Shown here: positions 41,301 through 49,802 of the stretch, piece by piece
Numbering within the stretch: position 1 is the first letter of the stretch
Layout: each line of letters starts with the position of its first letter
NCBI GenBank assembly: GCA_963727625.1
Contig: CAVSHR010000004.1
Location: 1,582,780-1,646,779, forward strand
DNA length: 64,000 nucleotides
Direction: 5' to 3'
Source: an uncultured delta proteobacterium
Lineage (GTDB): Bacteria; Desulfobacterota; Binatia; UBA9968
Notes under the pieces: generated by a model
Databases searched by the model: none
Told to the model about the DNA's origin: nothing
What the model saw: only the letters and a program-made list of their open reading frames with translations
Made by a program: the position numbers and the translations under genes

Positions 41301-44300
41301 AACTCGATCTCCTCGCGTTGTTGGCTACGCGCAAATTCAACCCCGCCCCCCGAACTTTCAATGCACCGGCAAATCCCCGCCACCGTGGGCGCTTTTAGAA
41401 AGGCGCGCAAATCCAACTCGACACCGAAAGTTTCGCGGATGCGAGCCGCCGCTTGCGCGGCGAGAAGCGAGTGGCCGCCGAGCTCGAAAAAATGCTCGTT
41501 TCGACCGACGCGCTCGAGATGCAAAAGTGCCGCGAGAATCTTGCCGACGGTTGCTTCGGGCGCGCTTAGCGGCTGTTCGTACGAACGATCCGGTGCGGGT
41601 TCGAGCGGCGGCCGCTTCGCCAACGCGACGTAGTCGATTTTTCCGCTAGGATTCAACGGCAAGCGCTCCAAGATAGAAATGTGCGCAGGTATCATATAAT
41701 GGGGCAGTTGCGCGCTTAGGAAGCGGCGCAACTTCTCGGCGTCCACGGCAGAGCTATTGCCACATGCAACGTATGCAATCAGCTGCGCATCTTCGGGCGC
41801 CGCGCCGGCACGAACGACCAGCGCCGCGCCGCGCACGCCGGGATGACGTTGCAGCGCCGTTTCCACTTCAGCGAGTTCGACGCGAAAACCGCGGATACTG
41901 GCGCGCCGCTCCTTTCGACCCACCCACTCCACCACCCCGTCCGGCTGGTACCGGCCCATCTCACCCGTGCGATACAAACGGTCGCGCTCCCGGCCGGTGA
42001 ACGGATTGACGATGAAATTCGCCGCCGCCAGAGCGCGGTCGTTCAAATAGCCCGCCGCCAGATGGGGACTGCGAATATACAATTCTCCAAGCTCGCCGAT
42101 GCCGGCCAACTGATCGTTCGCGGTTAACAGTAGCAACTGCACATCGCGCGCGCCGCGCCCGGTCGGCACGAATGGGCTCGCATGATTCTTTTCGCTCGCT
42201 GCCGCGTCGACAACGGCATACCCGACCGCGCGCTGAGTTTCGGTGGCGCCGTAGAAACTCGTAATCATCGCTCGCGGAGCAAGCGCGCGCATCGCCGCCG
42301 CATCCCGGCGCGACAAGAGATCGCCGCCGAAAAAAATCCGCCGCAAGGCGGGCAAGGTTTGACCTCGGACCGTTTGCAGGAGCCGTCCCAGCGCCGGAGT
42401 GAGGTGAAGCATCGAAATTTTCCTGCGCCGCAGCCACGGCACCAGCTGCTCGGGATCTTGTAATTCTTCCGCGTGCGGAACGTACAGGGCCGCACCGGTC
42501 GCCAGGGCCGTGAACAGATCCCGATGCAGGTGATTATAGCCGAGACCGGACAGCAGCGCGTAGCGGTCCGATTCTTTGAGGTCGAAGGTTTTCCGTTGCC
42601 AGGGCAAGAAATGAGTCATCGGGCCATGACGGCATAAGACTCCCTTGGGCTCTCCCGTCGAGCCGGAAGTGAAGGCGATATACGCGGGATCGTCGGCGCT
42701 GAGAGGGATAGGCAAAGTCTCCTCCGGCCATTTTCCCAGCTGTTTGGCAATTTCTCTCTTGCCGCGCGGCAGCATCACGCGCAGAAAATTCTTTTTGCCT
42801 TCGACGCACGCAGCAATTTCCGCCGGCAGTTCCCCTGCTCCGGCCATCTGCACCATTCCCTTCGGTGCGGCGATACGTAGGTAGTCGCGCAAACGCGCCG
42901 GCGGATAGGCCGGATCCAGAATGGTGAAAACCGCGCCCGCCTTGAGCACGGCGAGAATGGCCAAGGTGATCGTCGCGTCACGATGCGCGTAGATGGCGAC
43001 CACATCTTGGGGCCGTATCCCGCCGCATACGAGCCTATGGGCCAGCCGGTTGCTCAATTGGTCGAGCTCTCGATAATTCCAGCTTTCTTGATCGTCGGCG
43101 AGGGCGACTTTTTCCGGGCGCAGCGCCGCTTGGCGCTCGACCAGCTCATGAACCGCGCCGAACCAAGTGTCATCGAACCGCTCGCGCGGATCCGGCAGCA
43201 GCGCCTGCGCCGCCGGCGTCAGAAGGGAAAATTGCTCGATTCGCTGCGCCGGGCCGGCGGCGACCTGAGCCAACAGGCTCGCCCATTGCTCCAGCATGGA
43301 TTGCGCGCGTGTCTCGCTAAAGAGATCGGGATTGTAAACCAGCGTAAGCTCGATGCCGTCGTCAAACTCGGGCGCCTGGAAAACCAGATCGAATTTCGCG
43401 CCGGGCGCGGCGCGGCGTAATTTGACCACATCGCAGCCGGGCAATTGAAACTCGCGCTCCGCGATATCCGCCATGTTGAACAGCACCTGGAAAAGCGGGT
43501 TGCGGCCGAGGTCGCGCTCAGGGGCGACCTCCTCGACGACCCGCTCGAAGGGCAAGTCCTGGTATGTGTATGCAGCCAGGCAGACTTCGCGCACGCGCCC
43601 GAGCAGATCGACAACGCTCGGATTGCCGGACAAGTCGACGCGCAACGCCACCGGGTTGATAAAAAATCCGATGATATTTTCAATTTCCGGCCGATTGCGC
43701 CCGGCAAGGGTCGAGCCGACGACGATATCTTCCTGTCCCGACAAGCGCGACAGCAAAATTTGTAACGCCGTTAAGAGCGTCATAAACAAGGTCACGTTCT
43801 CAGTCCGGCTCAATTTTTTAAGCGCGTTGCTGAGCTCGGCCGACAATCGATGGGTCAGCTTCACGCCCCGATAGTTCGGCGCGTCAGCGCGTGCGTAGTC
43901 GCGAGGCAGGTCAATGGAGCGCAAGCCGGCGAGTTGGCGCTTCCAGTAACCCGTTTCCGTTGCCAGCTCGCCTTCGCGCAGAGATTGAACTTGCCACCAA
44001 GCAAAATCGCCGTACTGCAACGCGAGCGGCGCGAGAGAAATCTCCCGCCTGGCGAGCAGCGCTTCGTAGCGCCCGGCCAGCTCCCGAAAAAACAGCGCCA
44101 GCGAGCTGCCATCGCAGACGATATGATGAATATTCAACAACAGCACATGCTCGTCACCGGCCAAGCGGAGAACTTTGGCGCGCAGCAGCGGCGCACGCTG
44201 AAGCTCGAAGGGCTGCTCGGCATCTTCAGCAGCATAGCGGGCAATTTCCCGTTCCGTTTGCTTCCTTGGGAAACTACTCAAATCAACGACCGGCACGGCC

Positions 44301-47300
44301 AATCGCACCGCCGGCAGGATTTCTTGCGCTGGCTCGCCGCCGATCTCGACAATCGCGCTGCGCAGCGCCGCGTGGCGCTGAATAATCCCATTGAGCGCCG
44401 CTTGGAATGCCGCAAAATCGAAAGACCCCTTGACGCGATAGGCCGAAGGCATGTTGTATGCGGTTAAATCACCCTCGAGCTGATGCAAAAACCAAAGCCG
44501 CCGCTGGGCGAACGAAAGCGGCGCCCGCCGCTGATCCGGCGCCGCAACGATCGGGGCGATCGCCACGCCGCTGCGCTCGCGGCGCAAGGCTTCGACATGC
44601 CGCGCCAAGCCGGCGACGGTCGGCAGCTCGAACAGCTTACGCAAAGCCAATTCGACGCGCAGCTTCGCCCGCAGGCGCGACGCCACCCGCGTGGCCAGCA
44701 GCGAATGGCCGCCGAGGTCGAAGAAATTGTCGAATATGCCGACTCTCTCGATACCGAGCACTTCACGCCAGATTTGCGCGATCCACTCTTGGGTTTCCGT
44801 GCGCGGCGCGAGGAACTCTGCGGTCGACCGAACATTGCGGAAATTCAGCCGCGGCAGCGCCAAGCGATCCACTTTGCCGTTGGGCGTGAGCGGCAGTGCG
44901 TCGACCGGCAGGAAGACCGACGGCAACATGAACTCCGGCAATTTTTGCCGCAGCCAGTCGCGCAGCTCGGAAGCGGCAGGCAGCGCCCGCGAGTTGCCCA
45001 CGATGTATGCGACAAGCTGCCGATCTGATTTTGGATTTTGGATTTTCGCCTTTGGATTAGAAGGCAACTTCGGCTCAGCAGCAGAAACCTCACGCACAGC
45101 GGCGACGCATTGGCGAATCGCCGGATGCTCGGCAAACGCCGCCTCGAGTTCGCCGAGCTCGATGCGATAGCCGCGGATCTTTACCTGGTTGTCGGCGCGG
45201 CCGAGATACTCGATATTGCCGTTGGCAAAGTAGCGCGCCAGATCGCCGGTGCGGTACATGCGCGCGCCGCGCTTCTTGGCGAAAGGATCACGGAGAAATC
45301 TCTCCGCGGTCAACTCCGGCCGGCGCAGGTAGCCGCGCGCCACACCGGCGCCGCCGATATAAAGCTCGCCGGGCACGCCCACCGGAACGGGTTGCAGCGC
45401 CGCGTCGAGCAAATAAATTTTCGTGTTGGCGATGGGCCGGCCGATGGTGGCCTTGCCATCGGCGCGGCGCAAGGTAAAAGTCGAATAGGTGGTGGTTTCC
45501 GACGGCCCATAGAGGTCGTAAACTTTCTCGACCCGTCCCGTGGCGTAGAGCCGGCGCACTAGATCCGGCTTCAACGGTTCGCCCGCCAGGTTGACCGTCC
45601 GCACCGAGCGCGGCAAAGCGCCGGCGTCGAGCAATTCGGCGATGGCCGAGGGAACGGTGTTGATCAGCGTGACATCTTCGCGGTCGATCAAATCGGCGGC
45701 CCCGAGCGCGTCTCGGACTAAAATCACCTTGCCGCCTCGGCTCAGAGGCGCAAATAATTCGAAGACCGACAAATCGAAACAGATCGAAGTCGACGCCAAA
45801 ACGCCGGCGAGCCCGGCCGGTGAAAACACCCGACGGGCCCACTGCAAGAAAGCCGCCGCGTTGCGATGCTCGATCGCCGCGCCCTTGGGCCTTCCCGTGG
45901 AGCCGGAAGTGTAAATGACGTAGGCGAGATTGCGCGCGGCTGCGGTTTTGCCAAGGTTTTTCGCCGATTCTTTTTCGATCGCGGGCCCATCCCGGTCGAC
46001 ACAAACGACTTGCATATCGAGCTCTGCCGCCAGAGGTGCGATTGTGTGAGAGCGCTTGTCCGCGGCAAACTTCTGCTGGGTGAGCAGCAAGTCAGCGCGG
46101 GCATCGTCGACCATGAACACAATGCGCTGGCGCGGATAGTGCGGATCCAGCGGCAGGTAGGCACCGCCGGATTTGAGGATCGCCAGCAATGCGATCACCA
46201 TTTCCGGCGACCGTTCCAGGCGGACACCGACCAGCTTTTCCGGGCCGATGCCGCGTTTTCGTAAATAGCGCGCCAAGCGATTGGCCCGGCCATTGAGCTC
46301 CCGGTAAGTCAGCTGCCTGCCGGCGCACTCCAGCGCCACGGCATCGGGCGCGCGCCTGACTTGGGCTTCGAATAATTCATGAACACAGCGATTGCGCGCC
46401 ATCGCCGTATCGGTCCGGTTCCAATCGACAAGAATTTGCCGGCGCTCGGCGGCCTCGAGCAACGGCAAATCCGCGATGCTCCGGTCCGGATCGGCAGCGC
46501 TGCCGCGCAGTAAACAAACCAAATGGCGCGCCAATCCTGCGATCGTCGAACGGTCGAACAGATCGCTGCTATACTCTATAAAGCCGCTTAAGTCCCCGGC
46601 CTCCTCGGTCAGCGAAAGCGTCAGATCGAACTTTGACGTGCACGACTCCAGGTCCAAGGCATCAACCTTGAGTCCGGGAAAGTCGACATTCGCAGCGGGA
46701 TAATTCTGACAGGCAAACATCACTTGAAACAACGGATTGCGGCTTAAGTCGCGCTCGCGCTGCAGCTCTTCAACCAACCGGTCGAAGGGCAGCCCTTGAT
46801 GCGCCAGCGCGCCACGGCAATGCCCGCGCACCTGTTTGAGCAGTTGGCGAAAAGTCGGTCGTCCCGACAGGTCCGTCCGCAACACCAGCGTATTGACGAA
46901 ACATCCAATGAGGTTTTGCCTGTCGCGCGCATTGCGATTGGCCGCGGGAAAACCGACCGAGATGTCATCTTGACCGCTGTAGCGCCAGAGCAGCACGTTA
47001 AACGCCGCCATCAGCACCATGAACATCGTCGCGCGCGCTTCGGCGCCGACGCCTCGCAGTTTGCCGGCCAGCGATGCGTTAATGGTCAGCGGCAATCGAC
47101 CGCCGCGAAAGCTTTGCAGCGCCGGCCGCGGCCGATCGGTCGCCAGAGCAATAGCGGATAGATTGTTTTCCAGCCGCTTCTTCCAGTAGGCCAAATCGTC
47201 CTGGAGTGAGCAATGTTCCAACTGCGCCCGCTCCTGCGCCGCGTAGTCGCGGTATTGAATCTGGATCTCAGGCAGCGCCGGCGCCTTGTCGCTGACAAGG

Positions 47301-49795
47301 GAGCGATACGAAAGCGCCAGCTCGCGCAGCAACAGATTCATTGACCAGCCGTCGCACACCAGCTGGTGCAAAACCAAAAGCAGAACATGATGTTTGTCGG
47401 CAAGTTTGATCAAATCCGCGCGCAAGAGCGGGGCGCGCTCGAGCGCGAACGGCGCCGCGGTTTTTTCCGCAAGCCGGCGGGATAGCTCAGCGCGCTTCAC
47501 AGCCGGCGCCAGCTCGGTTAAATCGACGAGTTCCAGCGTCAACTCGAGCGCAGGCGCAACCACTTGAGCTGGCCTGTCGTCGACGCAGGAAAACACCGTG
47601 CGGAGAATTTCGTGCCTCTCGATAAGTGCATTCATCGCCTGGTTCAGGGCATCGCAATCCAAACGGCCCTGCAGCCGCAGCGCGCGGGAAATATGGTAAA
47701 CCGAACTTTGTGGTTCGAGCTGGTGAAGAAACCAAAGGCGCTCTTGGGAGATTGACAAAGGCGCCGCCTGAGCGCCCTTGGGCGCTTCAACCGAGCCATG
47801 AGTTGGAAGCTCGATTCCCTGCGCTTCAAGCAACGTGGCTAGAAGCTTGTGCCGGGCGTTAGCCATCACTTGAGCGCCCCCGTCTTTTCTTAAAACCTTT
47901 TCAACCTCGTTGTCGGACATCGATTCGATTTGCAAATAAGCGGTCGCGATCTTTTCCGCCTGACCGGGTTTGGCTTCATGCACGAGAATGAATTTTGCCA
48001 AGGCCGCGATGGACGGCCCCTGCGCCAGCGTAACCAACGGCTCGGTAAGCGGAAAGAGTTCTTGGACGCGCGCGAGGATTTGCGCGGCCTGAAGCGAATC
48101 GCCGCCAAGCTCGATAAAATCTTCGTCAACGGCGAGAAATTCAAGATTCAAGGCATCGCGCCAAAATTCCAATAGCAGCTTTTCGAGCCCGTTCCTCGGC
48201 ACGACCGAACGATCGCCCGGCTTGCTGGGCGTTTTTTTAAACCCCGGCAAGGCGCGCCGGTCGATCTTGCCGCCGGCGCTGACCGGCAAGCGGTCCAGAA
48301 CCACGAACCGCGCGGGCACCATGTATGCGGGCAGACGCGTTATAAGTTGCGCGCGCCAGCCGGTGCTCCGAACCGCGCGCTTTCGCTTAGGGACCACGTA
48401 GGCGATCAACCGGTTGCCATTCGCGCCGTCGTATTCGCTCACGACGACCGCTTGCTTGACCGACGGGATATCGTGCAAGGCAGCCTCCACCGCACTCGGC
48501 TCCACCCGGTGTCCCCTGATCTTGGCTTGAAAATCCTTGCGGCCGACATGAACCAGGCAGCCGTCCGAAAGCCTATAGCCGAGATCGCCGGTGCGGTAGG
48601 TGCGCAAGTTTCTCCTCGCGGGCTCGGCGAGAAATTTGGCGCGGGTCAATTCGGGCTGGCGCCAATATCCCAGCGCGAGATAGGGGCTGCGCACGGCGAT
48701 CTCGCCCACCGCCCGCGGGCCGAGGGGTTCACCCCTCTCATCGAGAATCAGCACCTCGTTGCCGTCCAACGGATAACCGACCGGCACTCGTTCTTCATCG
48801 ATCTCGCTTTGCTTGTCGAGAAAAAAATAGGAAACCGCCTGGGTTTCGCTGATGCTGTAGCGGTTGACGAACAAACAATCGTCGCGAAAGCAGCGCTTAT
48901 AGGATTCCACGTCGGCCTTGAAGACCGGTTCGCCGCCGATATGGATCAGCCGGACGCTGGGAAAACTATCGCTGCCGGTCACGACCCGCACCGCGTGGCG
49001 AAACACGGTCGCCACGCAGCTGAACACGCTGATCTCCCCATCGCGAAGCCACCCTGGCAGGGAAGCCAGGCCGGCTTCGTCGATATCGAGGGTGAGCAAC
49101 GCCGCGCCGTTGAGCAGTGCGAGAAACATATCCCGCGCCGCACCGACGTTGTTGGCGCGCAGCAGACTGATGCGATCCTCGGCCGCGATATGCAAGGCAT
49201 TGGTTTTCGTGCGAATGCCGAAAAGCTCGTGGCGGTGATTCCACACCACGCCTTTGGGCTCGCCGGTGGTGCCGGACGTAAAGTTAATATAAGCGATCGA
49301 CTCCGGCGAAAGCGCGAGAGTGGGATTTGACGATAGGTTGCCTCGCAGCAGCTCGATGTTGATCGAGCGTACGCCGGTGGCGGTCAAGGCCTTGGCAGCA
49401 CCGCGAGATTTCTCGTCGGTGAGCAGGAAGCGGGCTTCGAGATTGGCCAAAATCTCTACGATTTTATTTTTTGGCAACCGCCGATCCAGCGGCACAAAGG
49501 CTTTGCCGGCCTTAAGCACTCCCAGGGCGGCGATCGTCGTCGACAGGCCTGCGCCGCAAAGCAGCGCTACCGGCTCATGCCCAGCGCCGGCTCGGTCGAG
49601 CAGTGCGTAGGCGAGTCGATTGGCCGCGCGGTTAAGCTCGTCGTAACTCAGCGCTGTTCCTTGGCTTTTAATCGCGAGCCGGTTCGGGTAGCGGCGCGCC
49701 TGGTGCTCGAACCGCTCGGACAGAGTCTGCAAGGTGTCTTGGAGGCGAAATTCGTTAAACCGGTTGGTGGGACGCGCTGCTGGGCTCGAGCTCAT
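41297..49795 (-). CDS. NRPS 1: A-T-C-A-T-C-A-T
   Basis: Three TSG(T/S)TG.PKG A domains, T motifs GGDSL/GGHSL/GGHSL, C motifs HQLVCDG and HHIVCDG, C-terminal REEIEL docking motif. Confidence 0.95.
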   Translation of the reverse strand: MSSSPAARPTNRFNEFRLQDTLQTLSERFEHQARRYPNRLAIKSQGTALSYDELNRAANRLAYALLDRAGAGHEPVALLCGAGLSTTIAALGVLKAGKAFVPLDRRLPKNKIVEILANLEARFLLTDEKSRGAAKALTATGVRSINIELLRGNLSSNPTLALSPESIAYINFTSGTTGEPKGVVWNHRHELFGIRTKTNALHIAAEDRISLLRANNVGAARDMFLALLNGAALLTLDIDEAGLASLPGWLRDGEISVFSCVATVFRHAVRVVTGSDSFPSVRLIHIGGEPVFKADVESYKRCFRDDCLFVNRYSISETQAVSYFFLDKQSEIDEERVPVGYPLDGNEVLILDERGEPLGPRAVGEIAVRSPYLALGYWRQPELTRAKFLAEPARRNLRTYRTGDLGYRLSDGCLVHVGRKDFQAKIRGHRVEPSAVEAALHDIPSVKQAVVVSEYDGANGNRLIAYVVPKRKRAVRSTGWRAQLITRLPAYMVPARFVVLDRLPVSAGGKIDRRALPGFKKTPSKPGDRSVVPRNGLEKLLLEFWRDALNLEFLAVDEDFIELGGDSLQAAQILARVQELFPLTEPLVTLAQGPSIAALAKFILVHEAKPGQAEKIATAYLQIESMSDNEVEKVLRKDGGAQVMANARHKLLATLLEAQGIELPTHGSVEAPKGAQAAPLSISQERLWFLHQLEPQSSVYHISRALRLQGRLDCDALNQAMNALIERHEILRTVFSCVDDRPAQVVAPALELTLELVDLTELAPAVKRAELSRRLAEKTAAPFALERAPLLRADLIKLADKHHVLLLVLHQLVCDGWSMNLLLRELALSYRSLVSDKAPALPEIQIQYRDYAAQERAQLEHCSLQDDLAYWKKRLENNLSAIALATDRPRPALQSFRGGRLPLTINASLAGKLRGVGAEARATMFMVLMAAFNVLLWRYSGQDDISVGFPAANRNARDRQNLIGCFVNTLVLRTDLSGRPTFRQLLKQVRGHCRGALAHQGLPFDRLVEELQRERDLSRNPLFQVMFACQNYPAANVDFPGLKVDALDLESCTSKFDLTLSLTEEAGDLSGFIEYSSDLFDRSTIAGLARHLVCLLRGSAADPDRSIADLPLLEAAERRQILVDWNRTDTAMARNRCVHELFEAQVRRAPDAVALECAGRQLTYRELNGRANRLARYLRKRGIGPEKLVGVRLERSPEMVIALLAILKSGGAYLPLDPHYPRQRIVFMVDDARADLLLTQQKFAADKRSHTIAPLAAELDMQVVCVDRDGPAIEKESAKNLGKTAAARNLAYVIYTSGSTGRPKGAAIEHRNAAAFLQWARRVFSPAGLAGVLASTSICFDLSVFELFAPLSRGGKVILVRDALGAADLIDREDVTLINTVPSAIAELLDAGALPRSVRTVNLAGEPLKPDLVRRLYATGRVEKVYDLYGPSETTTYSTFTLRRADGKATIGRPIANTKIYLLDAALQPVPVGVPGELYIGGAGVARGYLRRPELTAERFLRDPFAKKRGARMYRTGDLARYFANGNIEYLGRADNQVKIRGYRIELGELEAAFAEHPAIRQCVAAVREVSAAEPKLPSNPKAKIQNPKSDRQLVAYIVGNSRALPAASELRDWLRQKLPEFMLPSVFLPVDALPLTPNGKVDRLALPRLNFRNVRSTAEFLAPRTETQEWIAQIWREVLGIERVGIFDNFFDLGGHSLLATRVASRLRAKLRVELALRKLFELPTVAGLARHVEALRRERSGVAIAPIVAAPDQRRAPLSFAQRRLWFLHQLEGDLTAYNMPSAYRVKGSFDFAAFQAALNGIIQRHAALRSAIVEIGGEPAQEILPAVRLAVPVVDLSSFPRKQTEREIARYAAEDAEQPFELQRAPLLRAKVLRLAGDEHVLLLNIHHIVCDGSSLALFFRELAGRYEALLARREISLAPLALQYGDFAWWQVQSLREGELATETGYWKRQLAGLRSIDLPRDYARADAPNYRGVKLTHRLSAELSNALKKLSRTENVTLFMTLLTALQILLSRLSGQEDIVVGSTLAGRNRPEIENIIGFFINPVALRVDLSGNPSVVDLLGRVREVCLAAYTYQDLPFERVVEEVAPERDLGRNPLFQVLFNMADIAEREFQLPGCDVVKLRRAAPGAKFDLVFQAPEFDDGIELTLVYNPDLFSETRAQSMLEQWASLLAQVAAGPAQRIEQFSLLTPAAQALLPDPRERFDDTWFGAVHELVERQAALRPEKVALADDQESWNYRELDQLSNRLAHRLVCGGIRPQDVVAIYAHRDATITLAILAVLKAGAVFTILDPAYPPARLRDYLRIAAPKGMVQMAGAGELPAEIAACVEGKKNFLRVMLPRGKREIAKQLGKWPEETLPIPLSADDPAYIAFTSGSTGEPKGVLCRHGPMTHFLPWQRKTFDLKESDRYALLSGLGYNHLHRDLFTALATGAALYVPHAEELQDPEQLVPWLRRRKISMLHLTPALGRLLQTVRGQTLPALRRIFFGGDLLSRRDAAAMRALAPRAMITSFYGATETQRAVGYAVVDAAASEKNHASPFVPTGRGARDVQLLLLTANDQLAGIGELGELYIRSPHLAAGYLNDRALAAANFIVNPFTGRERDRLYRTGEMGRYQPDGVVEWVGRKERRASIRGFRVELAEVETALQRHPGVRGAALVVRAGAAPEDAQLIAYVACGNSSAVDAEKLRRFLSAQLPHYMIPAHISILERLPLNPSGKIDYVALAKRPPLEPAPDRSYEQPLSAPEATVGKILAALLHLERVGRNEHFFELGGHSLLAAQAAARIRETFGVELDLRAFLKAPTVAGICRCIESSGGGVEFARSQQREEIEL

Positions 49796-49802
49796 TGAAC
49801 TC

